Below are positions 45,017 to 54,390 of a stretch of DNA of 64,000 bases, piece after piece. Within the stretch, counting starts at the first letter, position 1. Each line of letters opens with the position of its first letter. Location: assembly GCA_041666545.1 (NCBI GenBank), contig JBAYGS010000005.1, forward strand, positions 18,842-82,841, given 5' to 3'. Under the pieces are notes generated by a model. That model did not search any database and was not told the DNA's origin. It saw only the letters and a list, made by a program, of their open reading frames with translations. Made by a program: the position numbers and the translations under genes. This stretch comes from Minisyncoccota bacterium. Lineage in GTDB: Bacteria; Patescibacteriota; Minisyncoccia; Phycocordibacterales; JBAYGS01.

Positions 45017-45615
45017 AGACCCGTGATTAAGCGAAAAATCAGACCGACAACCGGGATTATTAGCTGCCAGATGAAAAAGACGAAAACCATCACCAAAACC
45101 AAACTGTATTTTTCCAACCAGACTCTAACTTCGCTAAACCGATAAGGAATCAAGCTAAATAAAATCTTGGAACCGTCGAGGGGCGGAATTGGCACCAAAT
45201 TGAAAATCGCCAACATCACATTGATTAGTGTAATCGCAGCAGAAATCTGGACAAGCGAACCTGGCAAACCCCAGACCGGTGCGAAACGAACCACTAAACC
45301 GAAAATCACTGCCAGCACCAGGTTTGAAATTGGACCGGCGATAGCAACCCAGGCCTCACTAAAGCGACCCTTCAGATTATAAGGGTTATACGGAACCGGT
45401 TTGGCCCAGCCGATGATGAAACCGCCGAGGTTGTAGGTCAAAAGAGGGAGAATAATCGAGCCAAACCAGTCCAAATGGTTAATCGGATTTAGAGTCAGGC
45501 GGCCGGCCAGACGCGCGGTCGGGTCGCCCAATCGGTCAGCCATCAGTCCATGAGAAACTTCATGAATGACTACGGAAAATATTAGAATGATGATAGAAAA
45601 AAGGACCTCAATCAT
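45013..45615 (-). CDS. Site-2-protease-family (M50) membrane zinc metalloprotease
   Basis: HExxH is IHEVSH, and NLVPIPPLDG is the LDG motif. Multiple TM helices. Confidence 0.7.
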   Translation of the reverse strand: MIEVLFSIIILIFSVVIHEVSHGLMADRLGDPTARLAGRLTLNPINHLDWFGSIILPLLTYNLGGFIIGWAKPVPYNPYNLKGRFSEAWVAIAGPISNLVLAVIFGLVVRFAPVWGLPGSLVQISAAITLINVMLAIFNLVPIPPLDGSKILFSLIPYRFSEVRVWLEKYSLVLVMVFVFFIWQLIIPVVGLIFRLITGL

Positions 45616-45671
45616 TTAGGATTGCAAATTATTGTCTTTATGATACCATAGCGAGCACCTAATCTAAATAT

Positions 45672-45911
45672 ATGAAAATCTGCCCAGTTACAAAAAGAGG
45701 CTCGAGAATGGCCGGTGGCTACTCAAACCGCACTCGTGCCACCCAATTCAACCCGACCGGAAAAGTTCGGAAGCAAGTTAACCTGCAAAAAAAGACCATC
45801 TACATTCCGGAGCTTAAGAAATCAATCCGCCTTACCCTCTCCACCCGCGCTTTGAAAACTATCCAGAAAAACGGCGCTTTCCAGACTCTCCGCAAAGCCG
45901 GCTTAGTCTAA
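45672..45911 (+). CDS. rpmB: 50S ribosomal protein L28
   Basis: MKICPVTKRGSRMAGGYSNRTRATQFNPTGKVRKQVNLQKK matches L28. The terminator AGCCCCTCACTTGTCCGCAAGTGAGGGGCGATTTGTTTTT follows. Confidence 0.75.
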   Translation: MKICPVTKRGSRMAGGYSNRTRATQFNPTGKVRKQVNLQKKTIYIPELKKSIRLTLSTRALKTIQKNGAFQTLRKAGLV

Positions 45912-45974
45912 GTAAATAAAAAACTAGACAAATTAAAGCCCCTCACTTGTCCGCAAGTGAGGGGCGATTTGTTT

Positions 45975-47540
45975 TTAGCGACTTTTCGGTTCGGCTACTC
46001 GCTTGAGTTTTAGTCGCATAGCTTTTGGCATCATTAATTCCTTAAGTGAGGCCTTGATCAGGAAGACTCCCTCTTTTTTGACCAGGAGCTCGTCCATCTC
46101 TTCGGCCAAATCCGGCCGAGCTTCGCGCAAGGTCACAGTTTTGCCTCGGCGTCTGACCAAGAACTTGTCAGCTCCTGATTTAACATTCGACTTGAAGTCA
46201 TCGAGCAATACCATAGTCCTATCGTCGGCTTTAAACTTGATCGCTTCAGTCAGGGCTGCTGCCTCATTTGGAAAATGCTCGAGCTTATACTGGCCGGTCC
46301 AGCCATATATCGGGATGCAGAAGTTTTTCCCCATATACTTATCGATTTGCCCTTCCAGCCAAGCATCACCATATGTCAACAGTTCCTCCCGAGTCACGAA
46401 ACCGTCGAGAAACATCGCCTTGGTAATCGCTTTCGAAACCAAATACTCCAAGAAACGACTGACAGGATTATGATAAAGCTGGCGAAACATCATGACACGC
46501 AACTTAAGAAAGTTGGCCAAGCGTTCCGGACTGCTAAATACCACATCACCACCAACAATCCGCACCGAATCCCAGACCCCGCAAATATTGCGGTGCGCCG
46601 TGGCATGATCCAGAATTTGGAAAAACCCGGCCGAATAACTTTCCGAGTCCAATTCTTTTCTTTCCGTAAACCGGACAACTGACCGGCCTAAGTAAGCGTA
46701 AAGATCATGATTGGTGTAAGAGAGTTTATCCACGACATCAAGGACCTGGCCCGCCACCCCTTCTCCCTGAATTGTCTGATACAGTTCCGCCTCATCCAAA
46801 TAATATCGGTCGCGCAAACTCGGCCAATCCGGCAACTCAAACAAATCCGGAAAATGCTTGTCTTCATCAAAGAGATCCGGATCAATCAGCTTGGTGGTGT
46901 CCCCACCTGCCGGCGTCAAGGCATCATGACTTAGAGCCGCCACCCTAATCAGATTTGAAATCGGTTTCAGAGTGGGATTGTTTCCAATAATCAGGGTCGC
47001 CATGGCACTCGCCGTCAAAACATGGAGCCAGCGAGTATGGTCAAACGGCATCGCTCCAACCTCCCGATTGTTTTCGCGCAAGACCGGGTCATGAAGCAAT
47101 GCTAATTGCTTGATCCCCTGAAGCCGGAATAACCGTAAGGCGTGCGAGGTGTCAGCAATCAAGCCTTCATCCGAGATGATGTAGCCAAAACCGGCATGAT
47201 CAAGTCTGGGCACAATCGCCAAAGGGTCTGTCCCCTCACCGATCAGCCAATCAAATTGGAGCGATCGCTTTATGGCCGGCTCAAGACTCCGAAGCCAAGC
47301 CGGCTCAACCTGAGACTCCAGGCGTTGCCTTTCGTAGGCCGACTGGAGAGGCGCGTAGACGCCCAGCCAGCTTTGATTAATTGGCCTAATTTGGGCAGTA
47401 CGACAAAACCGACGATTTGAAGCCATTTTAGCCAAACGGCCCAAACAAGCTTTTGAGGGCTTTTGGGTTGGAAGATACCAGGTATCTTCCAAAAGAGTCG
47501 GGCTTACGGCCCGACTTAAAGAAGATGCGGTATATTTCAT
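45975..47540 (-). CDS. HD-domain phosphohydrolase-family protein (521 aa), dNTP-triphosphohydrolase-like core with long unique flanks
   Basis: H...H / HD / D arrangement: FDHTRWLHVLTASAMA...VAALSHDALTPAGGD. The rest of the protein is unrecognised. Confidence 0.45.
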   Translation of the reverse strand: MKYTASSLSRAVSPTLLEDTWYLPTQKPSKACLGRLAKMASNRRFCRTAQIRPINQSWLGVYAPLQSAYERQRLESQVEPAWLRSLEPAIKRSLQFDWLIGEGTDPLAIVPRLDHAGFGYIISDEGLIADTSHALRLFRLQGIKQLALLHDPVLRENNREVGAMPFDHTRWLHVLTASAMATLIIGNNPTLKPISNLIRVAALSHDALTPAGGDTTKLIDPDLFDEDKHFPDLFELPDWPSLRDRYYLDEAELYQTIQGEGVAGQVLDVVDKLSYTNHDLYAYLGRSVVRFTERKELDSESYSAGFFQILDHATAHRNICGVWDSVRIVGGDVVFSSPERLANFLKLRVMMFRQLYHNPVSRFLEYLVSKAITKAMFLDGFVTREELLTYGDAWLEGQIDKYMGKNFCIPIYGWTGQYKLEHFPNEAAALTEAIKFKADDRTMVLLDDFKSNVKSGADKFLVRRRGKTVTLREARPDLAEEMDELLVKKEGVFLIKASLKELMMPKAMRLKLKRVAEPKSR

Positions 47541-47610
47541 TGATAGCCTTTTTAAAGGTTCGTTTCTAAAATTACGCTACCATTAAATATTCACTTTGGC
47601 AAGCAAAACT

Positions 47611-48468
47611 TTAGTCTAGCGACCAGAGTCCCCCATCAGATGAAAATTTAATCATGCCCAGTTCATCAGTCCTTAAAATTTGGACTTGAAATTTCTTAAG
47701 CAAATCCAGGACTTCCTGATGTGGATGTCCATAGCTATTATTTTTACCGGCCGAAATAACAGCGTACTGCGGATTAACAAAGCCGACAAAACTCTGACTA
47801 CTCGAGGTGCGTGAACCGTGGTGTCCGGCCTTCAAAACATCGCTTTGTAGATTTTTGCCATCTAAAATCGTCAGATAATTTTCGATGGCTTGAGGCGAAT
47901 CACCAGTGAGCATTACGGAGTTACCACCGTACACTACGCGGCCGACAATCGAAGCGGTGTTGGTCTCCCAGCCAATCGTATCCCGATCAGGAAAAAGGAT
48001 TTTGAAAACTGCACCACCGCCCAAATCTACAATCATCCCTCTTCTCGCTAAAATTTTAGAAATTTTTTTGTCACCAATTTTCTTCTCCAGATTTTGATAG
48101 ACTGCTGTCTCGGCCGAAACCCCAGGCTCCAAAACCTGATCGACCCGATAACGATCTAAAACATAATTTAAGCCGGCAACATGATCCTGGTCAGGATGGG
48201 TTGCAAGCACCACCTCAATCTTGTGATCATAAAAAGGCAAAACTTTGCCCAACTCACTCAAAACCGATTTGTCCGGCCCGCCATCAATGAGCATTTGGTT
48301 GCCGGACGGAGCATCGATTAAAATTGCGTCACCTTGCCCGATATTTAAAAAATAAACACGTAATTGACCGCCACGATCCTCCTTTAAGACCGCAAACCAA
48401 ATAAAAGCGTTGACTAAAACCAAAATGCCAAGAATCAGCCAGTTCAGATTTTTCCTAATAAATACCAC
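47611..48468 (-). CDS. ComEC/Rec2-type metallo-beta-lactamase domain protein (the C-terminal domain of ComEC encoded as a separate membrane-anchored gene)
   Basis: N-terminal TM, then VYFLNIGQGDAILID..., HPDQDHVAGL and KAGHHGSRTSS, which are ComEC MBL signatures. Confidence 0.7.
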   Translation of the reverse strand: MVFIRKNLNWLILGILVLVNAFIWFAVLKEDRGGQLRVYFLNIGQGDAILIDAPSGNQMLIDGGPDKSVLSELGKVLPFYDHKIEVVLATHPDQDHVAGLNYVLDRYRVDQVLEPGVSAETAVYQNLEKKIGDKKISKILARRGMIVDLGGGAVFKILFPDRDTIGWETNTASIVGRVVYGGNSVMLTGDSPQAIENYLTILDGKNLQSDVLKAGHHGSRTSSSQSFVGFVNPQYAVISAGKNNSYGHPHQEVLDLLKKFQVQILRTDELGMIKFSSDGGLWSLD

Positions 48469-48527
48469 GAAATTCAGTATACCATTTTGTGATATAATCG
48501 ATTTACTAACAGCTAACTCTGTAAAAT

Positions 48528-49130
48528 ATGCTTAAATTTGAAGAACAAAAATTCAATATTCCTGCCCTTAAAGGCATCTCAACTAAAAATATCGAGGAGC
48601 ATCTGAAGCTTTACGCCGGTTATGTAAAAAATGCCAACAATATTTTGGATATGCTCGCGAAATATCATACCGAAGATATGACGGGAAATTCCTACATCAT
48701 CGGGGAATTGCATCGCCGCTTCAGTTTTGAATACAACGGCATTCGTAACCACGAAATGTATTTTTCTGCTTTGGAAGGCGGAGCAAAACCACTATCACCC
48801 GGAAGTGAATTTAGGAAAGCGATAGAGGCCATAGCGGGCTCGTTTGATAATTTCCTAGCCGGATTCAAAAATATGGCGGCGGCGACCCGCGGTATCGGTT
48901 GGGCCGTGCTTTGGTATGACAAGAAAAATAAACAATTTATCGGTTCATGGGTAGACGAACAGCATTTGGGACAACTAAGCGGCGCCACCCCGATTTTGAT
49001 GCTTGATATGTGGGAACACTCCTATGTTGCCGACTATCAACCAAGCGGTAAAAAGCAGTATGTCGAGGACTTTTTCACTAACCTAAACTGGGAGGTCATC
49101 GAAAAAAACTTTTCCATGGCAACTAAATAA
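48528..49130 (+). CDS. Fe/Mn-family superoxide dismutase
   Basis: The metal ligands are conserved: H in EEHLKLY, H in NGIRNHEMYF, and D/H in DMWEHSYVADYQ (the DVWEHAYY motif). Confidence 0.75.
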   Translation: MLKFEEQKFNIPALKGISTKNIEEHLKLYAGYVKNANNILDMLAKYHTEDMTGNSYIIGELHRRFSFEYNGIRNHEMYFSALEGGAKPLSPGSEFRKAIEAIAGSFDNFLAGFKNMAAATRGIGWAVLWYDKKNKQFIGSWVDEQHLGQLSGATPILMLDMWEHSYVADYQPSGKKQYVEDFFTNLNWEVIEKNFSMATK

Positions 49131-49193
49131 TTTCTCCACAAAGACTCGACCTGACTTAAGTAAGGTCGAGTCTTTGCTTTAATAATTCCCAAA

Positions 49194-50670
49194 TTATTTA
49201 ACTTTTAGTCTCTGATATAAGAAAAAGTAACCGACATAAACCAGAATTACTAACCAAAAAGGAAATGCTGGGACGGAGAACGAGGCAAAGGGCAATTTAG
49301 CAAACCAATTTACCACTCCGAGTTCATAAGCCAAAAAAATGTAGGCCCCGAAAGCGAAAGGCGTGGCCAAAAGTAGTGAAACGAAACCAAAAATCCCGGC
49401 AAGAAAACCGAGAAGCATTGTCAAAGGAATTGCTGACAAAATTAAAAGATTGACAGGCAAAGCCACAACCGAAAAAGTGCCCATTTGATAAAGAATGTAG
49501 GGCAAAACGAAAATTTGGGTAGCGAGTGTCGCCACGGCCACCTCGCGCATTTTAAATTTCTCAGGCACAAATTGTAGCCATCTCTCAACAATCGGTGAGA
49601 CAAAAATCAAACCAACCGTAGCCAAAAAAGAAAGTTGGAAAGAAGGATCGAAAACCAAAATCGCCGGATTATTGATAAGCATCACAAGACCGGCAAGCAA
49701 AAGAGCACGAGTAATGTCATAACGCCTAGCGCCGATCTTGGCCACAATCACCAAAAGCGCCATAATCGAGGCCCGCACGACCGTAGCCGAGGCACCGGTC
49801 ATTAAAGCGAAAGCAATTATTGATAATACCCCAAAAGAAGTTGCGAAGACATTCGGCAAAAACACTTTAAAGAAACTCATTAGCGACTCGGCCACGATAG
49901 TAATGTTGTAACCAGAGAGAACCACGATATGAATCACTCCAACTTTGCGAAAATCATCAAGCAGATTTTTACCAAGTGCCTCTTTGGCCCCGACAATCAG
50001 ACCACCCAAAAGCGAGGCCTGCGGTTCAGAGATAAGTTGCGCTAGATTGGCAGTAAAGGCATGCTTAAAGGCCAAGAGTTTTGCCACAACAAAATTCCCT
50101 TTGTTTGAATCAACCTTTTTGAACCTGGCAAAATTAATAATATAGCCGATGCCGTCTTTGGCCAGAAATTTTTCATAATTAAAAGTCCGACCGGTCTCAC
50201 TTGAGAAATTTTTTGCTTTTTCCAATTTCCCACTAACCTCGACCTCGTCACCGTAGTCCAGATTATTAAAATTATCGGTTCTCGCCAAAACCTTACTTAA
50301 AAAATCACCTTTTGAAGTTGGACTACTTTGATCATAGATTGAAAGAGTCACTTGAGAACTTTTCTCCCTGACATCTAACTCATCTGAAACAATTCCGGTA
50401 AGGGTGACTTTCTCGCCTACCAAACGGTCAAGCTTGGGGTTCTGGACGCCGTCAACCTGAAAAGTCATCCGCCAAAATCCAAAGCCGGCTGAGATTAAAA
50501 ATAGTGGGACTAGAAAAAGCGCAAGATTTGCGCGCCACCCCATATTTTCAACCACTGTCAAATAAAAAAATATAATGGCTCCGACTAAAATCAGAGCGAG
50601 AGCTCCAAAGATACCAACCAAAACAAAAGAGCTAAGAGCAATCCCGGTCGCCAAGCCGCCTATTAGAGTA
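49194..50670 (-). CDS. comEC: ComEC/Rec2 competence protein, membrane channel part (DUF4131 plus Competence domain); the start is uncertain because the ORF-track start overlaps rnhA
   Basis: ...LLGGLIVGAKEALGKNLLDDFRKVGVIHIVVLSGYNITIVAESL... is the competence domain. There are many TM helices. The MBL domain is the separate gene 47611..48468. A GTG near 50670 is a possible start. Confidence 0.65.
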
Positions 50671-50715
50671 TAGATAATTTTATTACTCACACCTTTCGAG
50701 CCGAGAGTCCTTACA

Positions 50716-51435
50716 TTAACTGCCCCACTCTTTGACCAGGCTGTCTTCTTCAGATTTACTGAAAACTTTCTGGAAACGCGCCCCCGATTTACCCTTGACT
50801 CGTTTTTCACACTCTGCCCAAGTCTTGTGGACCAACACCTCACCGTCAACAAGACTGACATAACAGAAAGCTTTGGCACGGCTGCGCGATTTACTATCAG
50901 CTCTCTTTTCGGCTTCTGCCGGGTTAGCTGAAATATTTAAAATATCCTTAATCGAATAATTCTCTAGTGCTCCGGAATAAAGTTGCATTTGTTTGCCGTC
51001 AGCAAATAGTGTGGCGATTTCGTCACAGCGGTGGTTGCCAGCCACTCCGACATGGCCCTTAACCAGATACCAATTAATTTTCTTGCTTTTGGTGATATCA
51101 AACAATTCCTCCCAAAGATCCTGATTCTCAACCGGCTGTTTGGTTGAAGTTTTCCAACCATTCTGACGCCAGCCAAAAACCCATTTGGTAATGCCATTTA
51201 AAAGATAAGCTGAATCAGTATAGACAGTAATTGGCAAACGACCTTCAAGATTGGCAATATAAGCCAGAGCCGAGATAGCCGCCTGAATCTCCATGCGGTT
51301 ATTGGTAGTATGCGGATCGCCGCCACCAAGCTCCATCACCTTTCCAGCAACAATAATTACCGCCCCAAAGCCACCCGGGCCGGGATTGCCCTTGGAGGAA
51401 CCGTCAGTAAAAATTATAACGGAATTGGCAGTCAT
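50716..51435 (-). CDS. rnhA: Ribonuclease HI with a C-terminal extension resembling the RNase H1 hybrid-binding (Cauli_VI-like) domain
   Basis: IFTDGSSKGNPGPGGFG...TDSAYLLNGITKWVFGWRQNGWKT...VKGHVGVAGNHRCDEIA is the RNase H core. The C-terminal FCYVSLVDGEVLVHKTWAECEKRVKGKSGARFQKVFS resembles HBD (yYvV..G...Gi...W.ec...v.g..ga.ykkF). Confidence 0.75.
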   Translation of the reverse strand: MTANSVIIFTDGSSKGNPGPGGFGAVIIVAGKVMELGGGDPHTTNNRMEIQAAISALAYIANLEGRLPITVYTDSAYLLNGITKWVFGWRQNGWKTSTKQPVENQDLWEELFDITKSKKINWYLVKGHVGVAGNHRCDEIATLFADGKQMQLYSGALENYSIKDILNISANPAEAEKRADSKSRSRAKAFCYVSLVDGEVLVHKTWAECEKRVKGKSGARFQKVFSKSEEDSLVKEWGS

Positions 51436-51720
51436 AAATTAGGGTCGATAACAAGGATTGTAGCATAAAGCACAAATCCCCTGCGAACCAAACGTTCGCA
51501 GGGGCCATCTTCTCTGTAACACCTTTCTGTATCACCCGCCCGAGAATCGGCAAATGCTTTAGTACAGTCCCAAAACTACCCTCGCCGCCTGGGCTAGCAC
51601 TTCTATATATAATCAAACGAGGGGGCAAAGCTATCGAAAGATTCCAAGTTTTTCACCAAAAACCCGATCCTCCGGGACAATACCAGCCAAAGTACAGTCC
51701 TTCTAGATATTAACACGAAG

Positions 51721-53535
51721 CTATATTATGTCAACAATCCGCAGACGCAGTTCTGGGTACTGCTTGAAAACACTTTTTTCCATTGTCGCCACCAAGTTGA
51801 CCGCCTCACCAATTTCAACCTTAGTTTTAAACTCTTTGGGATTCATAAAAAATCCAATGGCAGAAACTTTATCACCATTTTCTTTTTTAAAAACCAATTC
51901 TAAGTGATTTTTCTCCTTGCCAAATTGTTTTAAATCAAAAATCTTAGCCGATTCAAAAAGAAAAACCGGTTTGGGATTACCAACACCGAACGGCGAGAGC
52001 TTGTCCACCAAATCCCAATTGGACCAATTTACACCATCAAAACTTAGTCTGGCATCAACGAAGACAGTCTGATCCAGAGCCTTGCGATTAGCTCGAGCCT
52101 GATCAAAAGCCTTTTCCAACTCTGTCTCTAAAAGGTGAATCTTTTCTGCTACGACACTGAAACCGCCAGAAAAATCGTGACCGCCATATTCCAAGAATAT
52201 GCCCGGGGCAACTTCTGACATCAGGCCAACTAAACTGGTGACTCCATCTGAACGACAAGATCCTTTGATGACATTTTCGCCATCTCTCCCCCAAAGAAAA
52301 ACAGGGCAAGAATGCTCTTCTGCCAAAGTATTGGCCGCGAGACCCAAAAGTGAAGGGCGCCAGTTTGGATTACCTAAAACAATTACTTTTTTATCTCGAT
52401 TAGCATAGCGCTCTGCGACGGCGTGCTTCATCTCTTTGACCATCGAAGCCACGATTCCTTTCCTCTCGTCATTAATCTTATTCAAATGATCGCTTACTTG
52501 GTCAGCCTCAACCTCATCCGTTGTGGCAAAAAGCCTGAAAGCGTCCATCGGCTCACCCATTCTTGAAGCGGCATTGATTCTGGGAGTAATCATAAAGCCG
52601 ATATCATCCTCGTTTAACGTTCTTTGATTGATTTTCAGCTTTCGCAATAATTTCATTAAGCCGACTCGGGGAGATTTTCTTAAAACTTTCATCCCGTAGT
52701 GAGCGAGCGCTCGATTTTCGCCCACAAGTGGCACCATGTCAGAAAGCGTGGCCAAGCCGGCCATGTCGAGCAACCATTTTTCCCATCCCTTTGGGACGGG
52801 AGAAATGGTTGCTTGATTCAAGTCACAAGTTTCAAGCCCCGACGCTTGCCGCAAGGTCGGGGTCCCGACCGGAGCGTCGGGATTTGGAAGTTTAGAAGTT
52901 TGAAGACGAAAGATCAGAGCCTGCACCAATTTAAACGCCACACCCGCACCACAGAGACTCTTGTTGGGATAATCACAGCCCGGCTGATTTGGGTTAACAA
53001 TAGCAAAAGCCTCTGGCGCGCCGTGACCATTAACTAAGTGATGATCGGTGACAATCACATCTAGACCGTTAGCTTGAGCAAAATTAATTTCGGAAATATT
53101 GGCGATGCCACAATCAACCGTAATTAAAAGTCTGGCCCCCGACTCAACAAATTGTTTGATCGCATTTTCATTCAACCCAAAACCCTCATTGTGCCGATGC
53201 GGAATATAGTTTTCAAAATTAGTGAAACCGATTTTCCGGAAAAAATCATGCAGGATCACTCCGCCTGGAATCCCGTCGGCATCATAGTCACCAAAAATTA
53301 TTATCTTTTCACCCAATTGGAAAGCCTTCAGAATTCGGTCCACCGCCTTCCCCATATCTTTTATCAAGAACGGATCGTGGAGATGCTTCTCATAATTAGG
53401 ATTGAGAAAGGCTTCGGCCTGATCGCCGCCCTTGATCTCCCTATAGGCTAACAACTTCTTAAGCAAAGACGGATATTGGCCGAGCTGTTGGTGTTCCTGA
53501 TCTGAAATTTCCTCCCGGACGGCATATTTTTTCAT
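51721..53535 (-). CDS. recJ: Single-stranded-DNA-specific exonuclease RecJ, carrying an in-frame insertion derived from an intergenic repeat
   Basis: The DHH motif is VIVTDHH, with DHHA1 and a C-terminal OB region. The repeat insertion encodes ...KLPNPDAPVGTPTLRQASGLE... between the VAFKLVQAL and LLDMAGLATLSDMVPL blocks. Confidence 0.85.
   Translation of the reverse strand: MKKYAVREEISDQEHQQLGQYPSLLKKLLAYREIKGGDQAEAFLNPNYEKHLHDPFLIKDMGKAVDRILKAFQLGEKIIIFGDYDADGIPGGVILHDFFRKIGFTNFENYIPHRHNEGFGLNENAIKQFVESGARLLITVDCGIANISEINFAQANGLDVIVTDHHLVNGHGAPEAFAIVNPNQPGCDYPNKSLCGAGVAFKLVQALIFRLQTSKLPNPDAPVGTPTLRQASGLETCDLNQATISPVPKGWEKWLLDMAGLATLSDMVPLVGENRALAHYGMKVLRKSPRVGLMKLLRKLKINQRTLNEDDIGFMITPRINAASRMGEPMDAFRLFATTDEVEADQVSDHLNKINDERKGIVASMVKEMKHAVAERYANRDKKVIVLGNPNWRPSLLGLAANTLAEEHSCPVFLWGRDGENVIKGSCRSDGVTSLVGLMSEVAPGIFLEYGGHDFSGGFSVVAEKIHLLETELEKAFDQARANRKALDQTVFVDARLSFDGVNWSNWDLVDKLSPFGVGNPKPVFLFESAKIFDLKQFGKEKNHLELVFKKENGDKVSAIGFFMNPKEFKTKVEIGEAVNLVATMEKSVFKQYPELRLRIVDII
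52843..52907. repeat. GC-palindrome plus TTGGAAGTTT repeat (CAAGCCCCGACGCTTGCCGCAAGGTCGGGGTCCCGACCGGAGCGTCGGGATTTGGAAGTTTAGAAGTTTGAAGACG) lying inside the recJ coding sequence, in frame
   Basis: Same composite element as the intergenic copies at 17905-17960, 27033-27090 and 55341-55423. The spurious ORF 55285..55518 translates the 55341 copy to LNPDASVGTPTLKQASGLS, matching the recJ insert KLPNPDAPVGTPTLRQASGLE. Confidence 0.7.
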
Positions 53536-53545
53536 TTTTAGATTA

Positions 53546-53677
53546 TATCATCCCGTTAGAGATCTTTTGTTAGGAAGCCTTAGCTGGACGATAAATTCCC
53601 ACCAAATATCGACGGCCAGAGATTCACCGTGAGCAACGGTCATCTTGATGACCTATCTCTAACGGGATATCATCCCG
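53546..53677. mobile_element. MITE-like element of about 130 bp with TIRs ATCATCCCGTTAGAGATC / GATCTCTAACGGGATATCATCCCG, in the recJ upstream region
   Basis: Inverted repeats flank about 100 bp. Same TIR family as 29990-30108 and 54391-54508. Confidence 0.65.
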
Positions 53678-53737
53678 CAACTAGACCAATTGACACATTT
53701 CCAAAATTGACTATCCTTTGCAAAGGAAAGGAACTTT

Positions 53738-54322
53738 ATGAGAAAAAGTTTAGGCTATCGCTTCAGAGAAATTGTCGACCGAAAGACACAAGAACAAACA
53801 GAAAGGCTGAAAGCCAAGAAATTGGCCGAGAGCCGAAAGCAGAAAAAGCAGGAACAGCTCAAGGCGATGGTCCAAAAGGCTATGGCAAAAGCTGAAAAAA
53901 TCCTTAACGGAATCTTTAAGAGGGCGCCGGAAATCAGACAGTATGTCGAAACCAGGTCTGGCGCCCCACTTTACATCTTCGATGCCAACGGAGTTGAAAA
54001 GACTGAGGCTAGACGAATGAAAGTGACTGGAAAAGTCGAAGACGCGCTCGGTCTTGGTATCAGGGGTAAGACTGTTGAACTTCTGGGTGGTGACAATATC
54101 CTAGGTCGGGCCGTTTGGACCACAGACAAAGCCGGCTCAACCCTCTGCCTCGTCCACGACTCACAGAGCAGGCTGTGTATCGCAATTATGAGCACAAAGC
54201 GAACTTACGGGGTGGTCTTCACCGAAACTAACTCTTTCAACACCGATGAGATGCTAACCGTCTTGGCCAAGTTTGGAAACCAAGAAACTGCCATGGAAAT
54301 GCTGGTTGAGCAACTCGGATGA
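53738..54322 (+). CDS. Hypothetical protein (194 aa) flanked on both sides by MITE-like elements
   Basis: Lys/Glu-rich helical N-terminus and an unrecognised C-terminal domain. AAAGGAAAGGAA lies upstream of the ATG. A TTGACA box at about 53689 sits just outside the left MITE. Confidence 0.45.
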   Translation: MRKSLGYRFREIVDRKTQEQTERLKAKKLAESRKQKKQEQLKAMVQKAMAKAEKILNGIFKRAPEIRQYVETRSGAPLYIFDANGVEKTEARRMKVTGKVEDALGLGIRGKTVELLGGDNILGRAVWTTDKAGSTLCLVHDSQSRLCIAIMSTKRTYGVVFTETNSFNTDEMLTVLAKFGNQETAMEMLVEQLG

Positions 54323-54390
54323 AGTAAAATCAATTTGACCCTCGTCCACCTAACGGATGAGGGCTTTTTTCTTCATACCATATACCCTAT

